Notes: a model not told the origin generated them from the sequence alone. 64,000 bases of DNA from Candidatus Algichlamydia australiensis (GCA_033977065.1 JAXCHI010000003.1:480001-544000), one strand, 5' to 3'; positions 9,635-19,453 are shown, counted from the stretch's first letter. A program made the numbers and translations.

Positions 9635-10126
9635 TTAAAACCCGATACCATAGCGTAGGATTAGGCCGGGTACAAATGTTCCTTCACCCTGACTATTCAT
9701 GATGTAGGGTGTGATTTGTGCTTCAAAAAAGCGTCTACCGCCTGTATCGGGGCAGTACTGCTTTCCAACAACAAGCTCTGGTGAAAATGCCGCGGTTTCA
9801 TCTAAATTCACTGTCATAATTCCGGCCCCTGCTCCAAAATAAAACTGGCGTTTTAGGTTGGGTTTCGGATAGTAAAGAACTGTTGCATTTCCTTTTGCTA
9901 AAAAGATGCCTGGGATCCCTGTTCCCTGGATGCTTATATCAGAACCAATATTTCCGGACTGGTTGCGAAATCCAATTCCGACGATTGGAAACATGATGAG
10001 GGAGGCAATTGACCCCATCGAGCTATATACAAAAGCATCTTGTGTATAGGTTGAAATGCCTTCATCCGCTTTTAGTCTGCCAAAATTTGCTGTAAATAAA
10101 AGTAGTAGTAATCCGAATTTTTTCAT
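9635..10126 (-). CDS. Small outer-membrane beta-barrel protein, paralog 2
   Basis: Signal peptide, YYPKP..FYFGAG, SPELVVGKQY, RRFFEAQITP, C-terminal YGIGF. Confidence 0.7.
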   Translation of the reverse strand: MKKFGLLLLLFTANFGRLKADEGISTYTQDAFVYSSMGSIASLIMFPIVGIGFRNQSGNIGSDISIQGTGIPGIFLAKGNATVLYYPKPNLKRQFYFGAGAGIMTVNLDETAAFSPELVVGKQYCPDTGGRRFFEAQITPYIMNSQGEGTFVPGLILRYGIGF

Positions 10127-10147
10127 TATTATAATCCTTATTGAAGT

Positions 10148-10182
10148 AAGAAAAGACGAGAGATTTTCTCTCGTCTTTTCTT
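10148..10182. terminator. Perfect 16-bp hairpin, probable intrinsic terminator downstream of OMP paralog 1
   Basis: AAGAAAAGACGAGAGA-TTT-TCTCTCGTCTTTTCTT. Confidence 0.65.
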
Positions 10183-10213
10183 GAACCTATCTAGATAGGT
10201 TCTCGTTCTGAGC

Positions 10214-10843
10214 TTAGAATCCCCAGCCGTAACTTAGTGTTACAGATGGTGTCCAGCTGCGTGTGGTCCCTTTGAAGAAAGGTGTTTTCTCATCACCGTT
10301 TTCAGGGGTCTTAAACGCATCATTCGATTTTGAAACAACAAAAGGAGTGATTTGCGCTTGGAAGAATCGTCTTCCACCACCGTTTGAGATGTACTGTTTT
10401 CCGAGGGTTAACTCTGGAGCAACAGAGAGAACATCATGACGCTCACGAATCCACTTGTGATAGCGCTCACCGTTTCCGTTTACCCCTCTGTACTTCTCTT
10501 CAGTTGAAAGAGTTTTTGTTCTGTCAAAGATCTGTTTTACGCTAGCGCCAAGTCCCGCATAAAATTGTCCTTGAAGATTTGGTTGAAAATAGTAGAGGTA
10601 GCTCAATGCTCCTTTTACCATTTGTGTTTCGCCATACGCTGCACCTTGTGCATGCATGTCAAAGCCGTTGTGGCCTGATTGCCCGCGGAATCCAAGTCCA
10701 AATACTGGAAGAAGGTTTCCTGGCATTTCTGTACCAAGGCTGCCGTACACAAAACTATCGCTTGCATATTCAGTCTCGTTAGCGTTTGCTGTAGAAAATA
10801 CTCCAACAAATGCTAGTAGAAATAGTGTTCCAAATTTCTTCAT
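10214..10843 (-). CDS. Small outer-membrane beta-barrel protein, paralog 1 (longer loops)
   Basis: Signal peptide ending ANA, same strand motifs as neighbours, C-terminal YGWGF. Confidence 0.7.
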   Translation of the reverse strand: MKKFGTLFLLAFVGVFSTANANETEYASDSFVYGSLGTEMPGNLLPVFGLGFRGQSGHNGFDMHAQGAAYGETQMVKGALSYLYYFQPNLQGQFYAGLGASVKQIFDRTKTLSTEEKYRGVNGNGERYHKWIRERHDVLSVAPELTLGKQYISNGGGRRFFQAQITPFVVSKSNDAFKTPENGDEKTPFFKGTTRSWTPSVTLSYGWGF

Positions 10844-11021
10844 CGTTATTCTCCATTAGTTAATTAAATGGTACGTGATAATTTTATCACTAAATTAACA
10901 TTGAAGAATAGAAAAATTAAAGATTGGATAGATTTTAATTTTGAATAAAAAACAGATCCGAGAAAAAGTTAAAAAACAAAACTAGTTTGCTAGTTTTGCA
11001 ATCAGAAAAATATAAAAATAA

Positions 11022-12386
11022 TTATAATTTGTTGGAAGTGAGAAGAGATTCGAGCTTTTTAGTTGCGCGAACTCTCTCAATATTGGCACCTAAAGAGGCG
11101 AGTTTGCCCTCTAGGTTCTCATACCCACGGTCAAGAAAGCGTAGGCCAGTAATTTCACTAGTGTTAGGGGCGATAAGGGCTGCCATAACATAGGCAAATC
11201 CCGCTCTTAGGTCGGGGATATCAATTCTTTTGCCATAGAGAGGGGTTGGTCCTTTGACGATTAGGCTGTGATCAAAGTTTTGAGAGGCAAAGCGACAGCT
11301 CTTTCCGCCGAGGCATTGGGTGAAGAGTTCTATGTCTGCTCCCATCTCTTTAATTGTTTTCGCGTAGCCAAAGCGATTCTCATAGACTGTTTCATGAATC
11401 ACAGAGCAGCCACGGCTCTGAGTAAGTAAGACTACAAAGGGTTGCAACCAATCGGTTAAAAATCCAGGGTGGACGTCTGTTTCTAAATGAAGATTGCCTT
11501 GCAATGGTCCTTTGTAAAAAAATTCTATACCATTCTCTTTTACTAAAAAACCTCCGCCAATGGTGCGTAGTTTGTTGAGAAAGCTAATCATGTGGGATTG
11601 CTGTGCACCCTCCACAAAAACGCATCCCTTTGTTGCAATAGCTGCCATTCCTAAAGAGGCTGCTTCTATGCGGTCTGTCAAAACGCGATGTTCAGCTTCG
11701 AAAAATTCTTTTGTTTCTTGGATGTAGATTGAGCGGTTGATGTCTACACGAATGATAACCCCAAGCTTTTGTAAAAAAAGAATGAGGTCAATAATTTCTG
11801 GCTCAACAGCCGCATTCTTGATGAGTGTTGTTCCCTTGGCTCTACAACCCGCAAAAATAGCATTTTCTGTTGCTCCTACAGAGGGATAAGGGAGGTGAAT
11901 GATGCTTCCCTTTAACATTTTCGCTTGTGCTACGTAGGCTCTACCATCTTCTCGAGAGATAGAGTCAATTTTTGCTCCCATCTGCTCTAGAGCTTGAATG
12001 TGAAAGTCAACAGGACGCTTTCCAATTTTGCACCCTCCCATGGTAGGTACAGTTATCGGCTCTTGTGTACGTCCTAAGAGGGCTCCAAGCATCAAAATAG
12101 GGATGCGGTTGGCACCAGAAAAACGCTGATGAACTTCTGTACGGATGAGCTTTGGCGTGACAATTTCAAGTGCGCCTTTTTCACGGTCCCAAGTGATTTG
12201 CGCTCCGACCTCTTTACAGAGATCCACTGTTACCTCAACTTCTAAAATATTGGGAACATTTGTAAATTTTACGCTTTTATCAGAAAGTAAAGAGGCAACA
12301 AGCATTTTGGTGATCGCATTTTTCGCACCTGCTGCTTTAACGCTTCCCTGAAGAGGGGTTCCGCCTGTAATCTTGAAAAGCTCCAT
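11022..12386 (-). CDS. murA: UDP-N-acetylglucosamine 1-carboxyvinyltransferase
   Basis: GAKNA, GGCKIGKRPVDFH, PSVGATEN, DRIEA, HPGFLTD, DLRAG, RGYE. Confidence 0.97.
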   Translation of the reverse strand: MELFKITGGTPLQGSVKAAGAKNAITKMLVASLLSDKSVKFTNVPNILEVEVTVDLCKEVGAQITWDREKGALEIVTPKLIRTEVHQRFSGANRIPILMLGALLGRTQEPITVPTMGGCKIGKRPVDFHIQALEQMGAKIDSISREDGRAYVAQAKMLKGSIIHLPYPSVGATENAIFAGCRAKGTTLIKNAAVEPEIIDLILFLQKLGVIIRVDINRSIYIQETKEFFEAEHRVLTDRIEAASLGMAAIATKGCVFVEGAQQSHMISFLNKLRTIGGGFLVKENGIEFFYKGPLQGNLHLETDVHPGFLTDWLQPFVVLLTQSRGCSVIHETVYENRFGYAKTIKEMGADIELFTQCLGGKSCRFASQNFDHSLIVKGPTPLYGKRIDIPDLRAGFAYVMAALIAPNTSEITGLRFLDRGYENLEGKLASLGANIERVRATKKLESLLTSNKL

Positions 12387-12391
12387 TCACT

Positions 12392-13309
12392 TTATACTCT
12401 AACAATCGAAAGGTTTTTCCGATAGCCAGCAGGCAGAAGATTCCCATGGGAGCCGTATGTAAGTTTGATGGGATAGCCCAATTTTTTTGCAATCAGAACG
12501 GCAATGGAGCTCATCGTATGTCGTGGATTGATTTCAACAACGGGGTGAATGCCTTCTTCATAAACAAAACTATCGATACTGATCGGACCAAAAAATCCCC
12601 TTTTTTGGATTTTTTGCAGAAGGGGGAGATGATCAACTTGGGGAGTATCTGCATCTGTTGTGCAAGATAAAAAACTACCTCTTGCGCTATTTTGCATTGT
12701 AGTTTTTCCCACACATGTGATGCTTTCTCCGACTTCATAATGCGTACTAAAGTCAAGTGTACGCTCTACCCAAGGCTCTCCAATTAGGGGGAATTGTAAT
12801 TTTGAAATGTTGGCGTCTGCATGCCGTAAAATGGTGTGACCGGTGCCAGAAAAACCGAAAGGAGTTTTCAACACTTTTGGGAATTTTCCGACTGCCAACC
12901 AAGCTTTTGTCTCATCGAGACTATGTAAAATTTTACTGCCGGGAAGTTGTTGGGTATTTTCAAATGAGAAAACCTTTGATGTGATCTCTTCTACAAGATC
13001 AAGTGGTGGTATTTGATAGGGGATTTTTTTCTCTTTGGCCCACTGTTGAAGAGAGTGAGTAGGTGCATAAGAAGTAAGTTCAAAGTCAGAAAAATTTTGA
13101 TCAGAGAGAAGGTGGATTTTGGCTTGAGTAGGAAAGTTGCGAGGAGGCGCTTTGGCCAAAAGCACATGATCAGCAAAAAGAAGAGGGAGGTAATGAAGTT
13201 GAAAGAAGAGGGGGTGAGCTCTCAAACCCTCTTCAATTGTTACACTCTTTTTTTTATCTAGTTCCCACTCAAAAAAAGCGTTGCAGAAATAAAGCTTTTT
13301 TCTTAACAT
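12392..13309 (-). CDS. ATP-grasp-like hypothetical protein
   Basis: VLKTPFGFSGTG, IGEPWVER, GPISID, VEINPR; 5 nt upstream of murA; start set at ATG 13309. Confidence 0.6.
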   Translation of the reverse strand: MLRKKLYFCNAFFEWELDKKKSVTIEEGLRAHPLFFQLHYLPLLFADHVLLAKAPPRNFPTQAKIHLLSDQNFSDFELTSYAPTHSLQQWAKEKKIPYQIPPLDLVEEITSKVFSFENTQQLPGSKILHSLDETKAWLAVGKFPKVLKTPFGFSGTGHTILRHADANISKLQFPLIGEPWVERTLDFSTHYEVGESITCVGKTTMQNSARGSFLSCTTDADTPQVDHLPLLQKIQKRGFFGPISIDSFVYEEGIHPVVEINPRHTMSSIAVLIAKKLGYPIKLTYGSHGNLLPAGYRKNLSIVRV

Positions 13310-13337
13310 ACTCCTTATTAAACAGGAGTTGGCTCTT

Positions 13338-14009
13338 ATGTCACAAGCACGCAAATTTTTATTCGCTGCTGCCTTTCTTCTATTACACTGCACCCTCTAC
13401 CCGCATGAGATTTCTATTCGTCTCAAAGAGAAGTTAGAAATAAGGGTTCAAAGTGAGAATTTAGTAATCGAAAGTTTGAAATGCTCTGATATTCCCGCAA
13501 TGCAGGAGCTGCGCGCAAAAGAAGAGAATATGAGTCTTTTTGCTAACAGGAATCCTGTTTCCAAAGAGAAGACTCTTTTAAGATGCATCAACTGGATCAA
13601 AAGATGGGAGAGCGGCAATCCCTTTTCCGCTATGAGTATTTTCACAAGAGAGGGAGAGTTTATCGGGTATGCTGTGATGGGGTACGGAGATGATCCTGAT
13701 ACCGGTGAAGAGAATGCTCCTGGCCTATCAGAGTTTGCTATTATAATTGATTCAGATTACTGGGGTTTGGGATATGGAACAGAAGCTGCAGGTGTAATGC
13801 TATTTAAGTTAGCACCTGAGCTTAAAGATAAGAAATTTTCCCTTTCGGGTGCCCCCCTTCAAAGAGTTATTTTTACTACGAGTCCCGACAACCCAGGTAT
13901 GGTGCGTCTCTGCGAAAAACTGGGCATTGGAATCCAGCGTACTTTCGGTCCAAATGAGCCAGGAAACCCTTGGAATTTTGAAAAATACTTTTACGAATTG
14001 GAGATTTAA
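13338..14009 (+). CDS. GNAT acetyltransferase (RimJ/RimL-like) with signal-peptide-like N-terminus
   Basis: YWGLGYGTEA motif A, TTSPDN...LCEKLG; CAGGAG SD before ATG 13338. Confidence 0.8.
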   Translation: MSQARKFLFAAAFLLLHCTLYPHEISIRLKEKLEIRVQSENLVIESLKCSDIPAMQELRAKEENMSLFANRNPVSKEKTLLRCINWIKRWESGNPFSAMSIFTREGEFIGYAVMGYGDDPDTGEENAPGLSEFAIIIDSDYWGLGYGTEAAGVMLFKLAPELKDKKFSLSGAPLQRVIFTTSPDNPGMVRLCEKLGIGIQRTFGPNEPGNPWNFEKYFYELEI

Positions 14010-14011
14010 AT

Positions 14012-14773
14012 TTGCTTCAGATTCAGCAGGTTACAAAGTCATATAAGACGAAAGGTCGTCCAATTAAACGCGCTTTAAAGGGTGTCTCCCTTGAAATCCA
14101 AAAAGGTGAAGTGCTTGGTTTATTGGGCGTTAATGGAGCAGGGAAAACGACTCTCTCCTCTATCATTGCGGGGTTGATTCCTCCTACATCGGGCGATTTG
14201 ATTTGGGGCGATCGCTCTATTTACAAAGATATTGTTGGTTACAAGCGCCATATTGGTTTTTGTCCGCAGTCGCCAAATTTGGACCAGCAACTGAATTTGG
14301 GCCAGAGCCTTCTTTTCACAGCACGCTGTTACGGTTTTTCTAAAGAGAGAGCAAAAAAACGGTGTGAAGAACTTACAAACCGCTTCGGCTTGGGCAATTA
14401 CTTAGAAGCTTCTCCCTTTCAACTGTCCGGTGGTTATAAACAGCGCTTCCTGCTTGCAAGAGCGCTGATTCATGGACCTGATCTTGTAATTTTAGATGAG
14501 CCAACAGTCGGACTCGATCCTCATATCCGTCATGAGCTTTGGGAAGAGATCAAAGGTTTGCGAAAAAGTGGCGTTGCTGTTTTGCTCACAACACACTATT
14601 TAGACGAAGCAGAAGAGCTCTCCGATCGCGTCTGCTTTATCCATAATGGTGAAATTCGCATTGTGGATAAACCGCAAAATTTAATTACAAAGTATAAGAA
14701 GAAAAACCTCGAAGAGGTTTTTTTAGAACTGGTTGATACTACTGAAATGGAGTTATTTAAGAGAGATGAATAA
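14012..14773 (+). CDS. ABC transporter ATP-binding protein (ABC-2 type)
   Basis: GVNGAGKTT, LSGG, ILDEPTVGLD, TTHY. Confidence 0.95.
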   Translation: MLQIQQVTKSYKTKGRPIKRALKGVSLEIQKGEVLGLLGVNGAGKTTLSSIIAGLIPPTSGDLIWGDRSIYKDIVGYKRHIGFCPQSPNLDQQLNLGQSLLFTARCYGFSKERAKKRCEELTNRFGLGNYLEASPFQLSGGYKQRFLLARALIHGPDLVILDEPTVGLDPHIRHELWEEIKGLRKSGVAVLLTTHYLDEAEELSDRVCFIHNGEIRIVDKPQNLITKYKKKNLEEVFLELVDTTEMELFKRDE

Positions 14774-15551
14774 GAGTTCTTTTTCCGTATTTGTGCAGCT
14801 ACTTTTTAGAGAGCTGACGATTTTTCGGACTCGCTTTCGCCAGCGCGTTATTAATATGTGCATGGTCTTTTTTACAAACGTAGTAGTGTTTAATTATTTT
14901 CTTGCTCCAATGGGGATGGGTCCAAACTATGGTCCATTTATCATGGTGGGGGCAATCGCTATTTTCGGACTATTTGATCTGATGATGTATGTTTCGGAGA
15001 TGGTGATGGACATGGAGGGAAACCGCCGGATTAATCACACACTCTCAATGCCCATTCCCTCAACTCTTGTCTTCATTTCAATCGGATTTAACTGGGCCGT
15101 AACCTCTGCGATTTTGATCGCTTTTCTGATTCCTGTTGGGAAGTTATTGCTTTGGAGCCAATTTTCTTTATCAGCAGTTTCATGGTGGCGTTTTGCTATT
15201 ATTTATCCGTTGATTCACCTCTTTTTTGGCTTTTTTGCCCTTTGGATCAGCTCGGTCTTTTCCAAGGCCTCGCAAATTGGGAACATTTGGACACGTGTTG
15301 TGAATCCGCTTTTTATGTTTGGAGCCTACTTTTTTCCGTTCTCATCTGTTCTAACAGTATCCCCAATGCTTGCAAAATTCTTTTTAATTAATCCTATAAT
15401 TTACGTTACAGAAGGACTGCGTTCTGCCATGCTTGGACCTTCAGAAGCGTCAATACCATTTTGGATTTGTCCGACGATGCTTATTTTCTTCAGTATGGTA
15501 TTTATCTGGCATTCAACAAAACGCTTTAAAAAGATTCTAGACTGTGTTTAA
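14766..15551 (+). CDS. ABC-2 type transporter permease
   Basis: About six TM segments, NP..Y..EGLR motif, coupled to the ATPase. Confidence 0.88.
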   Translation: MNKSSFSVFVQLLFRELTIFRTRFRQRVINMCMVFFTNVVVFNYFLAPMGMGPNYGPFIMVGAIAIFGLFDLMMYVSEMVMDMEGNRRINHTLSMPIPSTLVFISIGFNWAVTSAILIAFLIPVGKLLLWSQFSLSAVSWWRFAIIYPLIHLFFGFFALWISSVFSKASQIGNIWTRVVNPLFMFGAYFFPFSSVLTVSPMLAKFFLINPIIYVTEGLRSAMLGPSEASIPFWICPTMLIFFSMVFIWHSTKRFKKILDCV

Positions 15552-16020
15552 GACAGGACTTGGGCAGGACTCGCACCGCTTTTTAAAAGAAAAAACTGAT
15601 AAGTCTTGCGTTATTGGGGGCGTAGTTTTCCCCGATGCACCTGGGCTTGATGCAGACTCTGATGGCGATATCATTTTTCATGCGATTTGCAACGCCATTA
15701 CTTCTATAACACATGTTTCCATCTTGGGTGAGATTGCTCCTAAACTCTGTAAAGAGGAGGGAATTACTGACAGCCAAGTCTATCTTGATAAAGCTCTCGA
15801 TACATTAAAAGAGTGGAAGATCGAGCATGTAGCCCTTTCAATTGAGGGAAAACAACCACGATTTCAAAAACGCGCTCTAGATATTCGAAAATCTGTTGCA
15901 AAGGTTTTAGGTGTTCTTATAGAATCTGTAGGAATTACGTTTACCTCAGGTGATGAGCTTACAGCTTTTGGCCGAGGTGAAGGTCTGCAATGTTTTTGTA
16001 CTCTTACCCTTAGGAAGTAA
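15544..16020 (+). CDS. ispF: 2-C-methyl-D-erythritol 2,4-cyclodiphosphate synthase
   Basis: GLGQDSHRF, SDGDIIFHAICNA, GRGEG. Confidence 0.93.
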   Translation: MFKTGLGQDSHRFLKEKTDKSCVIGGVVFPDAPGLDADSDGDIIFHAICNAITSITHVSILGEIAPKLCKEEGITDSQVYLDKALDTLKEWKIEHVALSIEGKQPRFQKRALDIRKSVAKVLGVLIESVGITFTSGDELTAFGRGEGLQCFCTLTLRK

Positions 16021-16021
16021 A

Positions 16022-17569
16022 ATGTTTATTGTTAGTTTTTTTGCACTTGCCATCTCTCCAGCTGTTGAACAGCAAGATTATAATGAAATCGTAGAGCATT
16101 TTGAAGAGGTGCATATTTTAGAGTCTCTTTCAGGACTCGCGTACTGGGACCAGGAAGTTTACATGCCCAAAAAGGGCCTTGATTTGCGCACCAAGCAGCT
16201 CGCATATCTCTCAGGAGCGATCCATGAAAAACAGACAGACCCACTTTTGGGTGAAAAACTTGCAAAGCTGATTGATTTAGATACAGGGGAGATTCTTTCA
16301 ACATCTCTCTCTTCTTCGCAGATGATTGCCTTGCAAGAGTGGCGAAAGGATTATTTAAAAAGAGAGAAATTAGATCCGGATTTTGTAAAAGAATTAACAG
16401 CTCTAGTTTCACAGTCAATCCCTCGTTGGATTGAAGCTAAAGAGAATCACGATTTTGCTGCCTTTGCTCCACAGCTAGAACAGTTTGTTGAAATTTCACG
16501 AGAAAAAGCAGAGCTTTTGGGGTATGAAAAACATCCTTATGACGCTCTTTTGAATGAATATGAACCGGGAATGACAACAGAGAAGTTGGATGCGCTTTTT
16601 GCTTCGATCAAGCGACCCCTTATCGAACTAGTGAAAAAAAGCCGTACACAAGCTCCTTCACAAGAGACTTTTCTTGGGAATTTTAATCCAGCAAAACAGA
16701 TCGCCTTTTGTAATGAAATTTTGGAAACGATGGGACTCGATCTAGATCGTGCACGCCTTGATCGCACGCACCATCCCTTCACTTTAGGAATGCATCCAAA
16801 CGATATTCGCTTAACAACAACTGATCGCCCAAATGACATGAAGTCAGTGCTCTCATCTACAATTCATGAGGGGGGACATAGTCTCTACTACCAAGGATTA
16901 CCAGGTGAACTTTTTCATACTCCACTTGGTCAAGATGTTTCAACAGGAATTCATGAGAGCCAATCACGGATTTGGGAGACCTGTATCGGACTTTCCAAAC
17001 CCTTTTGGCAATATTTTTTTCCAAAACTACAGGCTAGTTTTCCCGAGTCATTTCAAGATCTCACCTTTGAAGAGTTTTATGCGAGAATGGTTGAAGTTTC
17101 TTCCTCTCTCATACGAATTGAGGCAGATGAACTTACCTACACATTGCACATCATTTTGCGCTACGAACTAGAAAAAGAATTAATCGCAGGAACCATGAGT
17201 GTCTCTGAGATCCCGGAGCAGTGGCGAGCAAAAATGCAGGAGTATCTGGGAGTTCAGCCGGAGCATGATGGAGAGGGTTGTTTACAAGACACACATTGGG
17301 CGGTAGGCTATTTTGGCTACTTTCCCACCTATGCGTTGGGCAATATGTACGCAGCACAACTTTTTCACGCCTTAAAAAAAGAACATCCCAACTGGGAAGA
17401 GCGTGTACGCAATGGAGACATGCATTTTATTCACGACTACCTTAAAGAAAATGTGCATCAGTATGGCCGCCGTTTTAGCCCAGAAGCCCTTGTGAAGAGA
17501 GCAACAGGCGAAAAACTCAATGCGCAATATTACATTGATTATCTCAGTACTAAATATGGGGGTGTTTGA
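16022..17569 (+). CDS. Carboxypeptidase M32
   Basis: HPF, IHEGGH, HESQSR, IRIEADE, LQDTHW, GYFPTY. Confidence 0.95.
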   Translation: MFIVSFFALAISPAVEQQDYNEIVEHFEEVHILESLSGLAYWDQEVYMPKKGLDLRTKQLAYLSGAIHEKQTDPLLGEKLAKLIDLDTGEILSTSLSSSQMIALQEWRKDYLKREKLDPDFVKELTALVSQSIPRWIEAKENHDFAAFAPQLEQFVEISREKAELLGYEKHPYDALLNEYEPGMTTEKLDALFASIKRPLIELVKKSRTQAPSQETFLGNFNPAKQIAFCNEILETMGLDLDRARLDRTHHPFTLGMHPNDIRLTTTDRPNDMKSVLSSTIHEGGHSLYYQGLPGELFHTPLGQDVSTGIHESQSRIWETCIGLSKPFWQYFFPKLQASFPESFQDLTFEEFYARMVEVSSSLIRIEADELTYTLHIILRYELEKELIAGTMSVSEIPEQWRAKMQEYLGVQPEHDGEGCLQDTHWAVGYFGYFPTYALGNMYAAQLFHALKKEHPNWEERVRNGDMHFIHDYLKENVHQYGRRFSPEALVKRATGEKLNAQYYIDYLSTKYGGV

Positions 17570-17621
17570 TCTTATTTTTTTGTACCAGAATATCCAAAAT
17601 AATTGGATATTCTGGGTGAAA

Positions 17622-18326
17622 TTAGAGGCTTCCGTCTCCATCAACTGAAATCACTTGTCCTGTGATGTATCCCGCATCCTCAGAAAGAAGATAGATAATC
17701 AGAGATGCTACCTCTTCAGGGCGACCAATGCGATTCATTGGAATTGTTTGCAGAGTTTCTGCTTCTGCTGCACTTCCTTTTGGTCTTCCAGATCGAAATA
17801 GTTCTGTTTCAATGGGACCAGGTGCAACAGCATTTACCGTAATATTATCTTTTGCAAGTTCTAAAGCCCAAGTGCGTGTGCATCCGACAAGTGCGCATTT
17901 TGCTGCAGAGTAACTTGTACGATTTTTTGATCCAAAAATAGAGCGACTCACGACATTGACGATTCTTCCCCAGCCATTTTTCTGCATTTGTTTAAGAAAT
18001 GTCTATGCAATTTGGACAGCTGCTTGTACATTTACTTGATAGACCTGTTGTAGAGAATCGAGTTGAATTTCGCCAAAAGGCTCTGGTAGTACTAATCTAA
18101 CATTGTTGACAACTCCATCAAGTGAATATTTTTCGTGAATTTTGGCTAGAGTTTGTTCAGTCTGAGCTGTATCCGATAAATCGCAAGGAAACAAAGTTCC
18201 TGGAAAAGGCTCTTTTGGCTGATTGCGAGCAATGCCTACAATTTCATGCCCCAGTTCTTTAAGTTTTAAGCTAGTTGCAAGGCCAATACCTTTGGTGGCC
18301 CCTGTGATTAAGAATGTTTTTTTCAT
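17622..18326 (-). pseudogene. Short-chain dehydrogenase/reductase interrupted by one in-frame TAG (18003-18005)
   Basis: TGATKGIG in the 5' ORF, YSAAK and NAVAPG in the 3' ORF; both in one frame: AVQIA*TFLKQMQKNGWGRIV. Confidence 0.85.
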
Positions 18327-18350
18327 TAATTTGCAGTATTGATTAACTGT

Positions 18351-19328
18351 CTAGTAGACGTCAAGAATGAGACGATCCGATTTACGCAACAATTTTACCT
18401 GCTCTTTGTCGCCAAGAATTTCTGCTAAGGTTGCTGTGACTTGTTTGGCCATCTGTTTCGCATCTCCACAGACATAGATGACAGCGCCTCTGCTAATCCA
18501 ATCACGCAGTTCTCCTGCCTGCTCAAGCATGCGGTGCTGGACATAGATTTTTTCTTCCTGATCTCGAGAAAAAGCGGTCGAGAGTTTGAGATGAGAAGAG
18601 GCGCAGTAGCGCTCCCAATCTTCTTTGTAATAAAAATCTTTTTTCTCTTGACGTTCGCCAAAAAAGAGCCAGTTTTTAGAGGGAGTCAAGCTGCGCTCCT
18701 CCATAAAACCGCGATAGGGGGCAATGCCTGTTCCTGGTCCAATCATAATAATGGGGGTATGGGGATCTTCAGGTAGAGAAAACTTCTCATTTGGTTGAAT
18801 GTAGCAGCGGAGTTTTGTCGTTTGATCGGCACGATGGCAGAGGAATTCACTGCCAAGTCCAGGAACTTCTTTATCTCCTCGCTTGTGAGTAAAAGTGACA
18901 ACCGTCAAATGAATTTCATTAGGATTCGTTTTGGGCGATGAGGCGATGGAGTAGAAACGGGGGAGTAGGGGCGAAAATTTTGGAATCTGGGAGGCGTTGT
19001 AGGGGTGCTGCTCGAGAAAAGAGAGAAGATCAGGTGCGTGCGTGTTGGGGTGCTCTTTGGCAAGTTCGCGAGGAACGCGTGAAAGGTTTATCTCTTTTGT
19101 TAACTTCTCTTCTAGAGAAGAGTCTCCGAGAATTTTGAGTAGGGCTTCCACTTCACTTGGGGGATTTTCGGGGTAGATGGCAATTGCGTCACCAACAGAG
19201 AAGGGAATGTTAGGCACCTCTAAAACAATATGATATGTGCGTTTGCTTGAGTCTTCTCTATTCAGAAGATAGCGTTTCTTTATCGAGGCGGTAAATTCAA
19301 CCTTTGTGGGGCTTGCACTAATTGCCAT
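18351..19328 (-). CDS. cysJ: Sulfite reductase flavoprotein-like FAD/NADPH oxidoreductase (no flavodoxin domain)
   Basis: PRFYSIASSP, MIGPGTGIAP, FSRDQ..KIYVQ, YVCGDA, C-terminal DVY. Confidence 0.8.
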   Translation of the reverse strand: MAISASPTKVEFTASIKKRYLLNREDSSKRTYHIVLEVPNIPFSVGDAIAIYPENPPSEVEALLKILGDSSLEEKLTKEINLSRVPRELAKEHPNTHAPDLLSFLEQHPYNASQIPKFSPLLPRFYSIASSPKTNPNEIHLTVVTFTHKRGDKEVPGLGSEFLCHRADQTTKLRCYIQPNEKFSLPEDPHTPIIMIGPGTGIAPYRGFMEERSLTPSKNWLFFGERQEKKDFYYKEDWERYCASSHLKLSTAFSRDQEEKIYVQHRMLEQAGELRDWISRGAVIYVCGDAKQMAKQVTATLAEILGDKEQVKLLRKSDRLILDVY

Positions 19329-19453
19329 AAATTTTTATTAGTTAAAGTATGCGCTACTTTGCTTTTCTATTCCTTTTTCTACTTGCTAGCTGTGAACAGG
19401 AGACGGCATGCAACCGTCCCTACATTATTTCGGAGCATCCTAGCGAAGAATCT

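Noticed and set aside
18003..18005. Amber codon as pyrrolysine recoding
   Set aside because: No pyl genes in view, and TAG serves as an ordinary stop in many genes here
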